NCBI GenBank assembly: GCA_001949185.1
Contig: BDGG01000007.1
Coordinates: forward strand, 2,278,112 to 2,342,111
DNA: 64,000 nucleotides
Direction: 5' to 3'
Source: Ramazzottius varieornatus
Taxonomy: Eukaryota > Animalia > Tardigrada
A program made the translations under genes and the position numbers. The notes under the pieces are model-generated. The model did no database searches, was not told where the DNA came from, and saw only the letters and a program-made list of their open reading frames with translations. Numbering within the stretch: the stretch's first letter is position 1; each line of letters begins with the position of its first letter. This document shows, in pieces, positions 1-12,949 of the stretch.

Positions 1-1080
1 TTCCGTATATCTGTACTGCAAAGGGCTGAGTCTGGTGGATGCGAAAGTTTACATCTCTTCGGTACGATCGCAACATGTTATAGAGGGTTATGGCGACCCG
101 TCAGCTGATGATACGCGACTCAGAGTGATCATGAAAGGCTGGAACCGATCTGTAGTTGGTCAACGCATCAGTAGAGAACCCATCACGATTGATGTACTAA
201 GTAAACGCAAATCATTTTTGAGTATTCCCGACAAGCACATGTTATGGCATCTCCCACTGCCCAGACGCGGTACACCATAAAGCCTACTCCGTACAAACGT
301 CTCCATCACAAGGGTCTTCAAACACAAGCTGTACACTGTGCAGCAAACCCCCTACGCGATAACGGTAAGAGCCCTGACAACCCAGTGGAGTGGTCTAATT
401 ACGAGAACTCAGTCCGGGTTTAAGAGGATATTATTACGCTGCGAGTACTGCGTAATAATATCGCGGAGCGGGAGATAGCGCTGCTGTGCTCCGCTTTCGG
501 GCCCTAATACGTCATCATGAAGGGAACATGGCTATGTTATCAAACGCCGCTATAGGTAGTCACTGTCTCATTCGATCAATCAACCTATTCTTGCTGCACG
601 GGATGTGCCGGAGGTCCGGAGGACAATCAGTCAAAACTTGATTTCTACCGGAAACCAAAAAGTACATCAAGGTAGAACTCGAACCACCGGTCTCAGTAGT
701 ACGGCTGCGGCGTGTACGCACCAGTAACTCCTTTATGAATTCTGACTGAACATTTCTCATTATCGCACGATCCCGGTTTTGGTTGGCCGTGTTAAAGGGG
801 AGGCCATGTTCAGCAGCAGTACTGTCCTTATCTTTTGTCGTCACTCGTCAGCTAACTTACACCAGTGTGGCTATACTCAGCTTGGACATTTTTGCATCAT
901 TCGTGGCATCCGCGTCTTGTGAGGATAGAGTACGTGCTCTGGAAAAAGGTGAGAGATCTTTCCTGTGCGGATGATACTTGGCGGACAAAGAACCATGTCA
1001 TGTAGGCTAAAGCGAGTACCTATTGTGACAGTGTAACTGAATTTGCTGTTTTGTTCAGCAGGTCAGATCAAGCAATCAAG

Positions 1081-3059
1081 ATGGTCATGCAATGGTTGAA
1101 CATCATGGAAGGCACACCGGGCGCTTCCAACGTCTCGGACGACGCAAGCTCGACCGTGGTGGGTTTTACTGGAACTCTAGCTGAGAGGATCACAGCGTCC
1201 ATCGACAAGATCACCACCGAATATCTGGGCGCCGCCAAACCACATTTCGTGGCTGTGGGAGTGACGATGGCAGCGCTTGCTGGCAGCTACGCTCTCTGGG
1301 AAATAGGAAAGGGTGTCGTCTCTTACTGGCTAGCTGGACCGCTCCGTCTCGGTGCCAACATCAAGAAATACGGCTTATGGGCAGGTACAGAACTTTTCTT
1401 CACTGACGGTGCTGTATCTTTGATTTGTTTCCTTGTAGTTGTGACGGGAGCCAACACGGGAATTGGAAGAGTGTACTGCCTTGAGGTGAATTTCATTTCA
1501 CTGACTTTGTTTTGATGGTTTTACAGGGAGCGTGCGTTGTACGGCATGAGTGCAGTATGGTGCTTGTCAGTCTCAGTCAGGATCAAATGGATTATTGTCT
1601 ACTTGGTTTTAACTGTTTTTGCGTTGTCAATCAAGGCATAACATGGCAGTTCAATCAGGTCGTGTTTCCGCATTGCAGTTGGCTGCCAAAGGATACAACA
1701 TCGTTCTTGTCTCCCGGAACCAGGAGAAGCTCGAAGTTACTGCCAGAGAAGTTCGTAAGTACGGAGCAATGTCGGCAGATGACGGAGCAAATTGTAGCCG
1801 AGAAGTGTGAGAGAATTATTTTTGTTTCGGATTTCGTAGAGGATGTTCATCACGTGGAGGCTCGAGTCATTCAGGTCGATTTTGCCACTGGTCGCCTGCA
1901 AGACTACCTTCACGTGCAAGCTCAACTGCAAGGACTGGATATCGGTGTCCTGGGTGAGGGAAGGAATAACTTGCCTTCGACGAAATTCCTGCGAAAGACA
2001 AGATAATCTTTTTCAGTGAAGCGATATTTATGCTGGAGTTCCTTTTTGTTGCAGTGAATAATGCGGGAATTGGGCCGGAAGACCCAGCTACACCTTTTTT
2101 GGATAATCCTCCGGACGCCCAGGTATATGTTCTGACGAGGCTAATTGCCGTAGCTTGCCACATTGTTGGTGCGTGGGCTTACATCTTGGGCTAATTCGCT
2201 CATTGTTCTGTTTGTAGAGTTGTCTGGACCAGATCAACGTCAACTGCGCATCGTACACAATGATGACGCGCATGATCCTTCCACAGATGGTTGTGAACCG
2301 AAGAGGCATCATCATCAACATTTCTTCCATAGCTGGTGATGATTACACGCCCAACATGGCCATGTACTCGGCCACCAAGGCCTTCTCGAACTTCTTCTCA
2401 CAAGCTTTGGCCCAGGAATACAAATCCAAAGGAATCATCGTACAGGTCAGTCTAGAACACCGACAAACGTGACAAATATTTTTTCCAATTGACGCACGCT
2501 TCAGCCAATTACAGCGAAAAGGTGCGCCACTTGGCGAAACAAACTCGACAGCATCTTTGTTTCCAGGTGGCGCACGGTTCACGTCTATAACACTAAATAG
2601 GTGCGCTACTTCGGAAAACAAAGTTGCGGAGGTCATTTTTCGAATAGTTCACGCTTTGGGTCAGTGACCCTGGTGACGTGCGCGACTTGTGAGAACGATA
2701 TTTCCGTGTTTGTTTGCCGCGCTCCAGTTTCCTGGGGAAGCGTAACGGTAGCCTCTTTTCCTTTTCGGTGTTACAGAGCGTGATGCCTGGACCAGTAATG
2801 ACCAAGATGGTCCAGGAGAAGGACAAGAAAGGCTTGGCCATCGTTACTCCAGAAGACTTTGTTCCTCCTGCCTTGGCACAAGTCGGGCTTCGTAATGCTA
2901 CTTACGGCCACTGGAAGCACGCGCTATACGTAAGTCTTACTCGAAATTTTTCTGGTTTCCATGCGCCTTAAGAGATATCGTGAAGTCGTCGGCAATTGCG
3001 TGATTGTCTTGCAGATGAAGAGAAGGAAGATGGGCAACTGGTTCATGTCGCTGCTGTAA
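1081..3059 (+). CDS. Short-chain dehydrogenase, very-long-chain 3-ketoacyl-CoA reductase / 17-beta-HSD12 family (about 8 exons)
   Basis: Spliced translation gives an N-terminal hydrophobic anchor, WAVVTGANTGIGRVY (TGxxxGIG), LVNNAGI, IINISS and catalytic YSATK; GT-AG introns; stop TAA at 3057-3059. Confidence 0.88.
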
Positions 3060-3436
3060 GCGTCTCTACCTCATCCAGTCATTTCATAAATTCTTTCATT
3101 CATCGAAAGCTGCTTGTATCATTCTGTGAAACCTTTACTGTCAGTTTCGTCGAGCGAATTAATGCGTGTGAGCACAAAATTTCATTGCCTGGACAGATGG
3201 TTTGCGAAATTTCACCACGTGTGCTCGATTGGGTTTTGGTGATGTGTTTCAGTTTTACCCCTAAAAATGTGTTTCGTATTCTGAATGGTTTAGAAAATTC
3301 TTCTTCGTATAGCTGAGCTGAACTCGAGGTACAAAAGATAAATTTGAACGACTATGGAAAAAAGCAGGAGGGTAATTTTTCACAAACGATTGAGTAGAAC
3401 GGATCAAAGTACGAGTAGAGCGGAAGTGAAAGAGGT

Positions 3437-4544
3437 TCAGGGAAAAGGCTGAACGATGGTTTTCTTTCGGTACTTGGTGGTGGTCGTTGTGGACTTGTTC
3501 CTCAACTGCCGAAGAGCTTCGCGAAGATGCTTGGGCTGCAGCGGACCAGTCTCGCCCCACTGTTCCTTCACGTCCAGCGCGTGCTCCACCATCTCGCCCA
3601 CGTATAGTTTGGCGACACCTGCCATGGCGATCACCGTGTTCTGGGAGACCGTACACCCAGCCACGGTCTGGACGATGCGACGAACTGCTGCCTTTGGAAA
3701 GGAAGCCCGACGGTACACTTCGTAGCGGTTGAGCTGCTCTTCCGACAAGTGGGAGATGAGCAGCTGCAACTTCTGTCGTTCCGCGATGTCTTCTGGCTTC
3801 TCTTCTTTCAAAGGAAGTAGATCCATCAAGTCACCTTCGAAATCGTCGTCGACGACGGGCGAATCCCCGCGACTCTCGTCGGTGGTTTCCTTGGAAGAGG
3901 AAGGCCTAAAATCAAAAAGATATCAACTTGATTGATGGGAGACTGACCATAAGACTACCAAGGAGAACAGCAGCCAAATCCGAGAGCCGCATCACATTTG
4001 ATCTTGCTTGATTCGACCTAACCTAGAGCCACATTACTGCAACGATCAAATTCATTGTGTGCACAATCAACAATCAATGAACGATCTAACACTGCATAAT
4101 CGATGTTTTCCTAAATGTCACGTACCTCGATCCCGACGCTTTTAGCTTCTTGGCTTTCTTCGCCGTCGACGAACTGGATTTTGAGTTTGAGGAAGATGCT
4201 ACGGAGACTTCAGTATCGTGAGTGGAGCCGGAGTTTTGTCGTTTACGATTCGTTTTGGACGTCTTGAACAGTTTGGACGAGGCTTCAGACTTCGTCGACA
4301 TTGAATCGACGTCGCGCGGTTCTGTTTTCAGTTCTGGCTTTTCTTCCGGTGTAAGGACGGCTAGTGGCAATGAAAGCTCTTCTTTGGTAACCAGAGGTTC
4401 TTCTGTCGGAAGCGAGCTGGCGCTGGAATCGTCAAGAGGGGCGCTGACAGCTTGAGAAGTTGTGGCAGAGTCAGCTGGCCCGGCCACGGGATCCAGGGGG
4501 AAATCTGGGAAATCTAGCAAGGCTTCCATCCCGTCGTTGTCCAT
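3437..4544 (-). CDS. TAF11: TFIID subunit 11 (TAFII28 histone fold), 2 exons (4544-4126, 3905-3437)
   Basis: [24 protein letters not shown]...[21 protein letters not shown]...[11 protein letters not shown]; exons sum to 888 nt, in frame. Confidence 0.95.
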
Positions 4545-4754
4545 GATTGCCTGTCTTTCGAAGAACCTTATAGTGAAACACTGCAACGCAAGACGACAAC
4601 TCGTCGAAAAGTCTCTACAACTAGAAGAAAAGTTTCAAAAATGCGAGGTTTGTCCGCAGTTGATTGCTTTGCTTGATTGAGGGTGTCTAATAAAGCCCAT
4701 GAACTCAGATATACTGTCATTTCATGTCATGTCATATCTTAAGAAGGGAAAGGA

Positions 4755-5384
4755 CAGTGTTATTTTACTATAACTTTTGGAATTTTAATTCCTATTACGA
4801 TCATTAAAATAATACCAGATTTTATAATCTTAATTGCAGGAAACGGTTTTCTTAGAATTTTCTATTATCTATTAATTTTACGTGTGTTAGCAATACAATT
4901 GTGGGCGATCCAACGTGGCACATTTTACGCCATGCTGACGCACTGTTAGCTCTTCAGATGTTGAATCAATGCACGGCAGCGGCACAAAACGCAACATTCG
5001 CGATGCGTGAAACGAAACTATGTGGTGCGCAGCTCGTTTCCCATGACCCGATGCACAAACTGAGCTCATACCCAGTACCTAGGTCACATAATGGCGGATG
5101 TTGTCCAAATGTCCAACAACGTAAGCGTCTAAAACCATGCAGCAAATACCATAGATCGCGCATTTTCGGCCCTTTTCCCGCATTCTAGGTCCATTGTAAT
5201 TGCAGTTTGGCCTAATCTTAATTATCTATATTACTATCCGACCATCAAGCCAATTTTACTATAGTTTTACTATATAGTAAAATCCGTCGGCTGAGTTTGA
5301 CAATTTTATTTATCATAGTAAAATTCAAAACGGCCGATTTTCGACCATTTTCAATTATCTATTACAATCACCAAAATAACACGG
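4755..5384. mobile_element. Degenerate non-autonomous hAT-like element
   Basis: Ends CAGTGTTATTTT ... AAAATAACAC(G)G; flanks GGAAAGGA / GAAAAGGA resemble an 8-bp TSD (7/8); TTTTACTAT motif near both ends. Confidence 0.5.
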
Positions 5385-5394
5385 AAAAGGACTA

Positions 5395-5551
5395 CTGTAT
5401 TCCCCCGATATCTCCGCGAAGCCTGACACTCACGGCGCCCACTACGAAACGTACATGACGTACGGCGGAAGGGCACGTGTATATGGATAACGTACGTCCT
5501 GTAGGTGGCGCCACGAGTGACGCGGTTCGCGAAGATATCGGGGGAATACAG
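5395..5551. mobile_element. 157-bp pogo/Tc1-mariner-type MITE
   Basis: TA + CTGTATTCCCCCGATATCTCCGCGAA ... TTCGCGAAGATATCGGGGGAATACAG + TA; terminal CTGTATTCCC shared with the transposase-bearing element at 40557. Confidence 0.85.
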
Positions 5552-6243
5552 TATTACATCACCCGCCAACAACCCGTCATGACGTTTCAACGTTCTTTTC
5601 TGATTTCCGAAAGAAACAAAAAACGGCGAAACCCAGAGGCGATACTTCGTACAGTACAGAGAAGCTTTGATCTTCAAAGAAGCTTTACGCTTTTGTGAGT
5701 TGGAGCAGTCGCTCTAGAAACTTTATTCTCGGATTCTCCATCCTTTGCTCTGTGTTTGGACCATTGAACAGCGAAGAGAGAAGCATGCTGGAGCAAGACA
5801 ACCATCTTCTCGCCGGTTGCCTTACCATGATTATACCAGAGTGAATCCAGGATGGTGGTAAACGTGTATAGAACAGTAATTACGAAAACGTCGAACAATC
5901 CCTGTACTTAAGCGAGCTGCTATGGTCAGCTAGGCTGGCCGCCAGGACTATTTTCCTGCGAGAGAGGTTTGTTTGAGCCTCGAAAATCCAGTCAACGGCC
6001 TCCTCGATGTTCGGAGGATAAAAGGTAGAATAATATTTGATAACATGTCAACAATGCAGGACGCTGGGCACCCAGAGATTTATATCTCATGACTGATGTC
6101 ATATCATATCATGTCACGTTGCAATGTCATGCCATGTCGTGTCTTATCATCTTATATCGTGCAATTGTCACTCATTGACTCATTGTTCAAGATCCAAGAT
6201 TTCCTATCCAACTATCCGATTCCGCTTGCAGTTACGGGACAAC

Positions 6244-9200
6244 ATGTTGTCCAGACCATCTGCTATACTACGATCGCCGTTCGTTACCACAAATCCATGC
6301 TGTCGAACGTGCCATCGTCCATTCTCGTCACTAAACCTCCCAGCGCTGCACGAGCGTGGGCTGATCAAAGACATGCTGCCGGACACGATGGGGTACAGTG
6401 AGTTTACGACTGCGAGGGTAGGAACTGGCGGTAATCATGTTTCTCATTGCAGCACCAGGATGAGCGAGATGATCAGCAAGAAAGAAACCTCGGTTTACGC
6501 CGGTTTTGACCCGACAGCTTCCAGGTAAGTTTTAATGTGGTTGGCTCGCTTGGCAGGAAACACGTTGTGTGCGTGCTGCTGTGACATCACTGACATGCTG
6601 TTACGCTATGGGCGAAGAAGACAGTCCGGAGATTGATACGGCGCTCGAGCAGAGCAAGAAGTCGGATTAGCTTAGGAATGAGCCAGTTGAAAGGGAGCAC
6701 CTGGGCGGAGCCGAACCGACTGAACCCACTAATGTGCCCGGTGCTTAATTCCCGAGCAAGACATATGGGCCGATACTCGAGTGCGTAAGAAATCCGAGTA
6801 ACGTTCCAACTACGCTTTTCTGTGCGTATTTCTTCCCAAAAGTTTTTCAGAACCTCAGATTTGCTTTCAAGACGTCCCACCGAGGTGCCAACTGCCCCTT
6901 TAACTGCACATTTCAGAGTTTAACGTCCGTTATTGATCATTCGTCAAACTGTAGCAACGACTGCTCGCTTGGCTGTGACTTTGTCAACCTTGAAAACAAC
7001 GAAAATCTCAGTTTGACTGTGGGTGTAACTGTGGCTTTCGAAACTTCGATGAGACTGCAACTTCAACTATGACTTGCCACAATAAGAGCTGTCTCTAACT
7101 GTGGCTTTTGCCACTTTCTGGATTTTACCTTGCCTATAACTGCGATCGTAGTATTTCGTATCAAGAATCACTTGAGCTTTAACCAGTCGGAACTGGACAT
7201 CACTTTTTCCGTTGGTGTATCAGAACTGGAAACTTCGTGTGATTTGACATCGCATCTTACCAAAAAGTCATTAGTTACGAAAATTGATGGAGGTGTTGCG
7301 AAACCGTCCGGAGAAGTTACTAATCGGTTGGATCGCGTAGCGCGTCTCGACCTCAGCCGATTAGAGTAAGGAATGGGAGGGGCCAAAGTCTTACGCTACT
7401 CGGTTTTCTTGCGCTGCTCGAGTGCCGTATCAGCCTCTCTAGTACGTCTTACCAAGCGTGGCAGTCAGTTTCATTTTATTTTTCAGTTTGCACGTCGGGA
7501 ATCTCCTTCCTCTCATCGGTTTACTGCATTTCCAACGAGCCGGAATCAAGCCCATCGTCGTGGTAGGATTCTCCGGCCTTTGCATGAAAGGTATTGTGCT
7601 GCAAATGCATCTGTTGTAGTTTTAGATTGGCGGAGCGACTGCCACCATCGGTGATCCATCGGGGAAGAAGACTGAGCGGGAACGCATTACATCAGACATT
7701 GTCGACGAAAATGCCGCAGCTATCCGGAAAAACATCGACAACATCTTCGCGAACCACAAGAAATACCTTTGGCAGTCGGAAGAAAAGCTGCCTCCATTCA
7801 CGTCAGGAATTAAACTTGAACTTCCTAGTTAACTTTCACTGTTCGACACCACATGGTTTATGTTTCAATGCTTCTGTCTGCAGGATTGTCAACAATATGA
7901 AATGGTACAAGGATATAAATGCGGTTGACTTTTTGGGGAATGTGGGACGTCATATTCGGATAGGAGGAATGCTGTTGAAAGACAGGTGAGTGTGGAATAT
8001 TCAGCCCAGTCAGAATTTTCCTGTTCGCCATTAGTGGCGCATGTTGTCACGCAGTGCTATAGCTTAGTGTATCAGACATCGAGCACGTTGACGTCATGCG
8101 CCACCGGAAGTCGAAGCACTGAAGTCGCTCTTGCGATGTCTTCTGAGGCCAGTTGCAGCCAGTTCGAACTCCGAAACGATGTGTCATGCTGTACGTATCT
8201 CACCTGACAAGAGGCTTCTGTTGTAGTGTCCAGACCAGGCTGAACAGTTCGGAAGGAATGAGTTTCGCTGAGTTTAGCTATCAGGCCTTTCAAGCTTATG
8301 ACTGGCTTCACTTGTTGAAGACCTACAACTGCTTCCTTCAGGTAGAGTAATCTCAGTCTTTCACAACCGTGCGTTCCCTCGCCCCTAGTTCGTGTGATGT
8401 AGATTGGTGGAAGCGATCAGATGGGGAACATGAAAGCCGGTTACGATCTCATACGGAAGGTAACTGGCGACTCACCGTACAGTCTTACCGTTCCCCTGAT
8501 CACAACGGAGACCGGTGACAAGTTTGGCAAGTCGGCTGGAAATGCTGTCTGGCTGGATAGCGAACAAACTTCCACCTTTGACTTTTATCAGGTGAGGAAG
8601 TTGGCTTTCGGAAAAGATTCTGTTCGCAAAGATTTCTGGACGACCCGGATTTTTTTGCAGTTCTTTCTCCGGTCTTCCGACAATGACGCCGCGCAGTACC
8701 TGAAGCTGTTCTCTTTTATTCCCGAGAAGCAACTGACCGAGGTTCTTGAGAGCCACCATGCGAACCCTGGTCAAAGAAAAGCCCAGAAGAAGCTGGCGGA
8801 ACAGGCCACTTTACTCGTCCATGGCGGTAAGGTTTGTTTTCGTTGAGTCGAACGTGGCAAATGAACCGAACATGGTTGTTATCTCCAGTGACGCACGTTT
8901 GCATATTAATGGCTGAATGAATGCGCCGCTTGAAAAAACGATCTTGTCGAATTCCCAAGTGGCGCACGTTTTCATTGTAATTGGCTGAAAGTGTGCGTTA
9001 ATTGGGAAGACGATAATTTTCAAGTCATTTGCCGACAGCCCACGTTTTCTTGAATTCTTCGAACCCTTCTTATGTCGCACCGTAGAGGAAGGCCTTAAGA
9101 CGGCCCTACAAGCTACCGAAGCCCTGTTCAACTCGAGCGTCGAGGCCTTGTCGACGCTAAACCCGGAAGTCTTTCCTTCGATATTGGGACAAGCCTTCGT

Positions 9201-9563
9201 GACAAACCTTCCTTTGAATTCCAGCATAACAGTCTTGGACACTGTCATGCAAGCCAAATGTTTCCAGGAAGAAAGTAAGCTACTCTTTCTCTTTATTTTT
9301 CTCATAATTTGCAGTAAGCCTTTTTGTTCACAGAAGACGCGAGGAGAGTAATCGGCGCTGGCGGAGTTTACATTAACCATCAGAAGACACGGGTCGCGGA
9401 CCATGTCATACAAGCTGGCTCGCATATCCTGCCGAACAACATCACCCTCATAAGAATAGGTAACTATCACTAGCTCGATGTTTTCTATGAGTGAAGAGAT
9501 GTTGACTGGTTCTCTGTCCTTGCAGGGAAGAAAAACCACTATGTTGTACGGTGGAGAAGTTGA
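6244..9563 (+). CDS. YARS2: Mitochondrial tyrosyl-tRNA synthetase (multi-exon)
   Basis: Presequence-like MLSRPSAILRSPF; VYAGFDPTASSLHVGN (HIGH); GMSFAEFSYQAFQAYDW; IGGSDQMGN; KFGKSAGNAVWL (KMSKS); C-terminal GKKNHYVVRW. Confidence 0.95.
6598..7464. mobile_element. ~870-bp TIR element inside a YARS2 intron
   Basis: Left GAGATTGATACGGCGCTCGAGCAGAGCAAGAA is the near reverse complement of right TTCTTGCGCTGCTCGAGTGCCGTATCAGCCTCTC; ~75-bp diverged TIR; no clear TSD. Confidence 0.6.
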
Positions 9564-9756
9564 ACGAGTTGATTGAACAAAAGTTGACTCGTTTGATTGT
9601 TATAACGTCGTTTTTTGTCTCTCGGTTTGAAGGTTTTCGCACTGCAGATGCTCCTCAGAGTCGCGTCAGATGGTTTCTAGTTTACACAGTCGACAAATTC
9701 GTACAGAAGAAAGAAAAGAAGAAAGGATGTTTAACGTTGACGAGCAGTAGAGAGAT

Positions 9757-10196
9757 TCATCTTTGCCGTCTGGGTTGAATATATCTGGAAGCGTCAAAGT
9801 CATCCTCAATTTCCTCTTCTACCTTCACTTCCATTTTTGGTTTGCGCTTAACAAGCCGCGCTCGACGTTCTTCTTCCGAGAGAGAATTCAGATCCAAGGG
9901 AAGCTGTTGAAAGCAGACACAATCAAACGATGATCAGTCTAAAGAGTGATACTGAAAGTACTCACCGTAATAATTTTGCGTGGTTCCTTATAGCGAATGT
10001 TGATGGTCGATCCGTCTGGCAGGACCATCATGGTAGGATAAAGGCGTGTGTGTATCTTTCGACCAACTTTCGCCACAGTGGCTCGGTTAGAGTTGTGCCG
10101 GACTGTCTGAGATAGTAACGGGAGCAGAGAGGGAAAGGAGATCTTCGGCTTGCAGAAGTACAGCAAATACACGGCGCTCCTCAAGTTGTTCATCAT
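9757..10196 (-). CDS. MRPL55: Mitochondrial ribosomal protein bL31m/L55, 2 exons
   Basis: NSNRATVAKVGRKIHTRLYPTMMVLPDGSTINIRYKEPRKIITLPLDLNSLSEEERRARL. Confidence 0.93.
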
Positions 10197-10609
10197 GGCA
10201 GCCTACTTCCGCTGGATTCCCAGCCTCCGAAGCAGGACTAACAAGTTAAAGACGGGAGCGGAGCAGAGATAGTCCGCAAAAAGAGGAGCAGATAATTATA
10301 TCCACCGGAAGTCGCTGAAACGGAATATTTTTCAAACGTCAAAATTAATACGTTGGAGTCTGGCTTGATTGAAGCGACTGCTTGATTGGCACGTTCATTT
10401 ACATGGATGCGCACAGGCACAGCACGCACGTGCTATGCGCACCACCAAGCGCGCTGCACAAACCATGCACCTGCACGGCTGCACCGGAAGTGTTCATCTA
10501 AGTTCTTTCTGTTTTCCCGTTCTTCCTGGTCGAACGTTGATTCCTGTGCCACCGCGTGCCATCGGGGAAGGAAGAAGAGCACGGACTTGCCATCTCCCAC
10601 GCATCCAGA
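10197..10609. promoter_or_regulatory. Divergent promoter MRPL55/DPH2 with ETS/GABP-type sites
   Basis: 413 bp between two outward-facing ATGs; ACCGGAAGT at 10304 and 10483. Confidence 0.55.
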
Positions 10610-12949
10610 ATGTCGATAGCTTTGAGTACAGCGGAGCAAGATGCCTTTACGCGAGAGGTGGATTTATCCGACAAGCCCGTTAAAACTCCCCGAGATTTGA
10701 TCCCCGAGGTCTATTCTCTTCGGAGCTGCACCGAGTGGATACTACAGAACAATTTCAAAAGAGTAAGAAGCGACCTAATGTGTTCGTTATTGATAACGCG
10801 ACACAGTAGAGTATCGCCGATCTTACGATGAGCTGACGAGCGTTACAGTAAATTTACCCGTTTGCTCGCAGATCGCTCTCCAATTTCCCGACTGCCTTCT
10901 GCCAGATTCCGTTGGCATCGCACAAGGTCTCGAACAGTCCACAGATCGGAAGATATTCATCCTGGGCGACACGACCTATGGCAGGTATTTGATCCACGAG
11001 TTGGGAAATTGTCGATTGCGGAATGATTTGTTGTGGTTTTGTTTCATCCAATCAATGCAAATCAACCAACATGGGTTTAGTTCGTGTTGATTGGTTTGAT
11101 TGAAACATTCTTTCTAGTTGCTGTGTGGACGAGATCGCCGCGGAACACGGTTCCTGCGAGAGCATCATCCACTTCGGCCACTCCTGCCTTAGTCCAACAA
11201 GCCGTGTACCTGTCGCACTAGTCTTTCCTCGACCTCGAGACTTCGAACTGGTAGACTTCTGGCAAAAGATCGAAGAACTTCGACGGGCAGAAGATGTCGA
11301 GCTGGTTTGCCTTTACGATTCGGATTACTTTCCTGTCACTGGTACACTCCCCCTCCCCTTCCATGCGAAACTTATGCATCACTAATCAAGCTTCGTTTTA
11401 GGTATGGTCGCACAATTTCTGGAATGCAGTTCGATGGTCGTGCCAGAAAACCAGACAGTTCTAACGGACGACGCAACGTGTCTGAATTTCCTCCATAAAT
11501 CTTCCGATGAAGATTGTCAAAGATACTTCGTTTGTCGCAGAGCCTTTTCTCCTACTAAAGATAACTTTAAGAGGGAAAGAGCTTTTGTGTACATCGGCAA
11601 ACAGTCATCGTCCATGGTGAACTTCTTCCTGTCACTTCCTTCCCATAAGTCCTATTCGTACGACCCTTCCACAAAGTTGCTCACGCTTGAAACCCCGCAA
11701 GTTAACAAGCGCATCATGCGAAGGTATGGTTTTGTCGAAAAGAGACAGAGAAATTTTTTTTCCAGGTTTGTGAGCTCGGCATACCAACTGAACAAGATCA
11801 TTTTTGCAAGTGCGCATATTGTCAGCTGATAACGCAAGAAACGTGCGCCACTTGGGAAAACGATCTGGTCGAGTTTGCCGGCCGAGCTCCCACCTATTTC
11901 GTATTCCATTTTCGATCCCTCGCAGGTGTTACCTGATCGAGAAGGCAAAAGACGCGCAAATCGTGGGTATCCTCATCGGGACTTTAGGTGTGAAAGACTA
12001 CCTAGACATCATTGAACGAATGAAGAAAGTTCTACGGACTGCCGGAAAGAAGTTTTACACATTCTCCATGGGAAAGCCCAATCCCGCCAAGCTGGCGAAC
12101 TTTATGGAGGTGGACGTCTTTGTCTACGTGGCCTGTCCCGAAAGCTTCTTTGACTCCAAAGCTTACGTTAGGCCCATTGTGACGCCGCACGAGATGGAAA
12201 TCGCTTGTGGACAACGTGCGATCGACGAAGGGTTCGTCGCGGACTTCCGGCATCTTTTACCGGGTAAGAGGATATTACATTACTTGTGACATCTCATACC
12301 GTGGCATACTCGATATGACATGACGACAGCAAACAATTTTGACAAGTTCGTTTTTCCAAGTGGCGCATGCTGTCAGACAAACAGTCTTATCGAATACTGG
12401 TAGATTTGTCGAGTTCCCGTATCTTCTCTTTTTTCTCCAGGTGCAAATTCCTACGTGGATATCAGGAAAGTTGAGAACGATACTCCCGATATTTCCCTCA
12501 TTAGTGGAAAAGCGCGGTATGTTGGAAAGGAAGAGGAGAAGTGGGTCGAGGATTCGTCAACTCCTTCCGATTCGACAGCGCTGGTTTCCCGAGACCAGGT
12601 TCTGACTGTTGCCCAGTATTCTGCCGGTAAGGAATTTATTTCAAATTTTTAGAATGTTCTCTTAGGATTTCTCTGCAGGTGTAATGTGGCTTTCTTGTTT
12701 GCAGCTGATTACTTTTCCTCCAGGAGCTGGCGAGGTCTCCAACCGCAATACGGCGAGCATTTGCCCGCTGATATCGTCCAAGGTCGGCACGGTATTGCTC
12801 TTTCTTACGAGACAGAGAGAAGCGACTCGGCGAAAGAGAATAGTGAAGTTCCCAATGACCTTACCTGTTGCAAGAACCGTTATGCAAGTGAACATTTGTC
12901 GGCGCATGAGCTTGATTCGTCCTGCGGAGAGACTTGTTGTCACCGATGA
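10610..12949 (+). CDS. DPH2: Diphthamide biosynthesis protein 2 (multi-exon)
   Basis: [90 protein letters not shown]...[10 protein letters not shown]. Confidence 0.93.
11763..11895. repeat. Representative full copy of the intronic palindromic repeat (DPH2 intron)
   Basis: AGGTTTGTGAGCTCGGC...CAAGATCATTTTTGCAAGTGCGCA-spacer-CGTGCGCCACTTGGGAAAACGATCTGGTCGAGTTTGCCGGCCGAGCTCCCACCT. Confidence 0.85.

Noticed and set aside
1-1000. ORFs 35-280 and 560-844
   Set aside because: No recognisable domain, splice structure or element termini.
6598-6850. Intronic RNase P/MRP RNA
   Set aside because: The conserved P4 motifs were not found; the sequence is explained as a TIR paired with 7390-7464.
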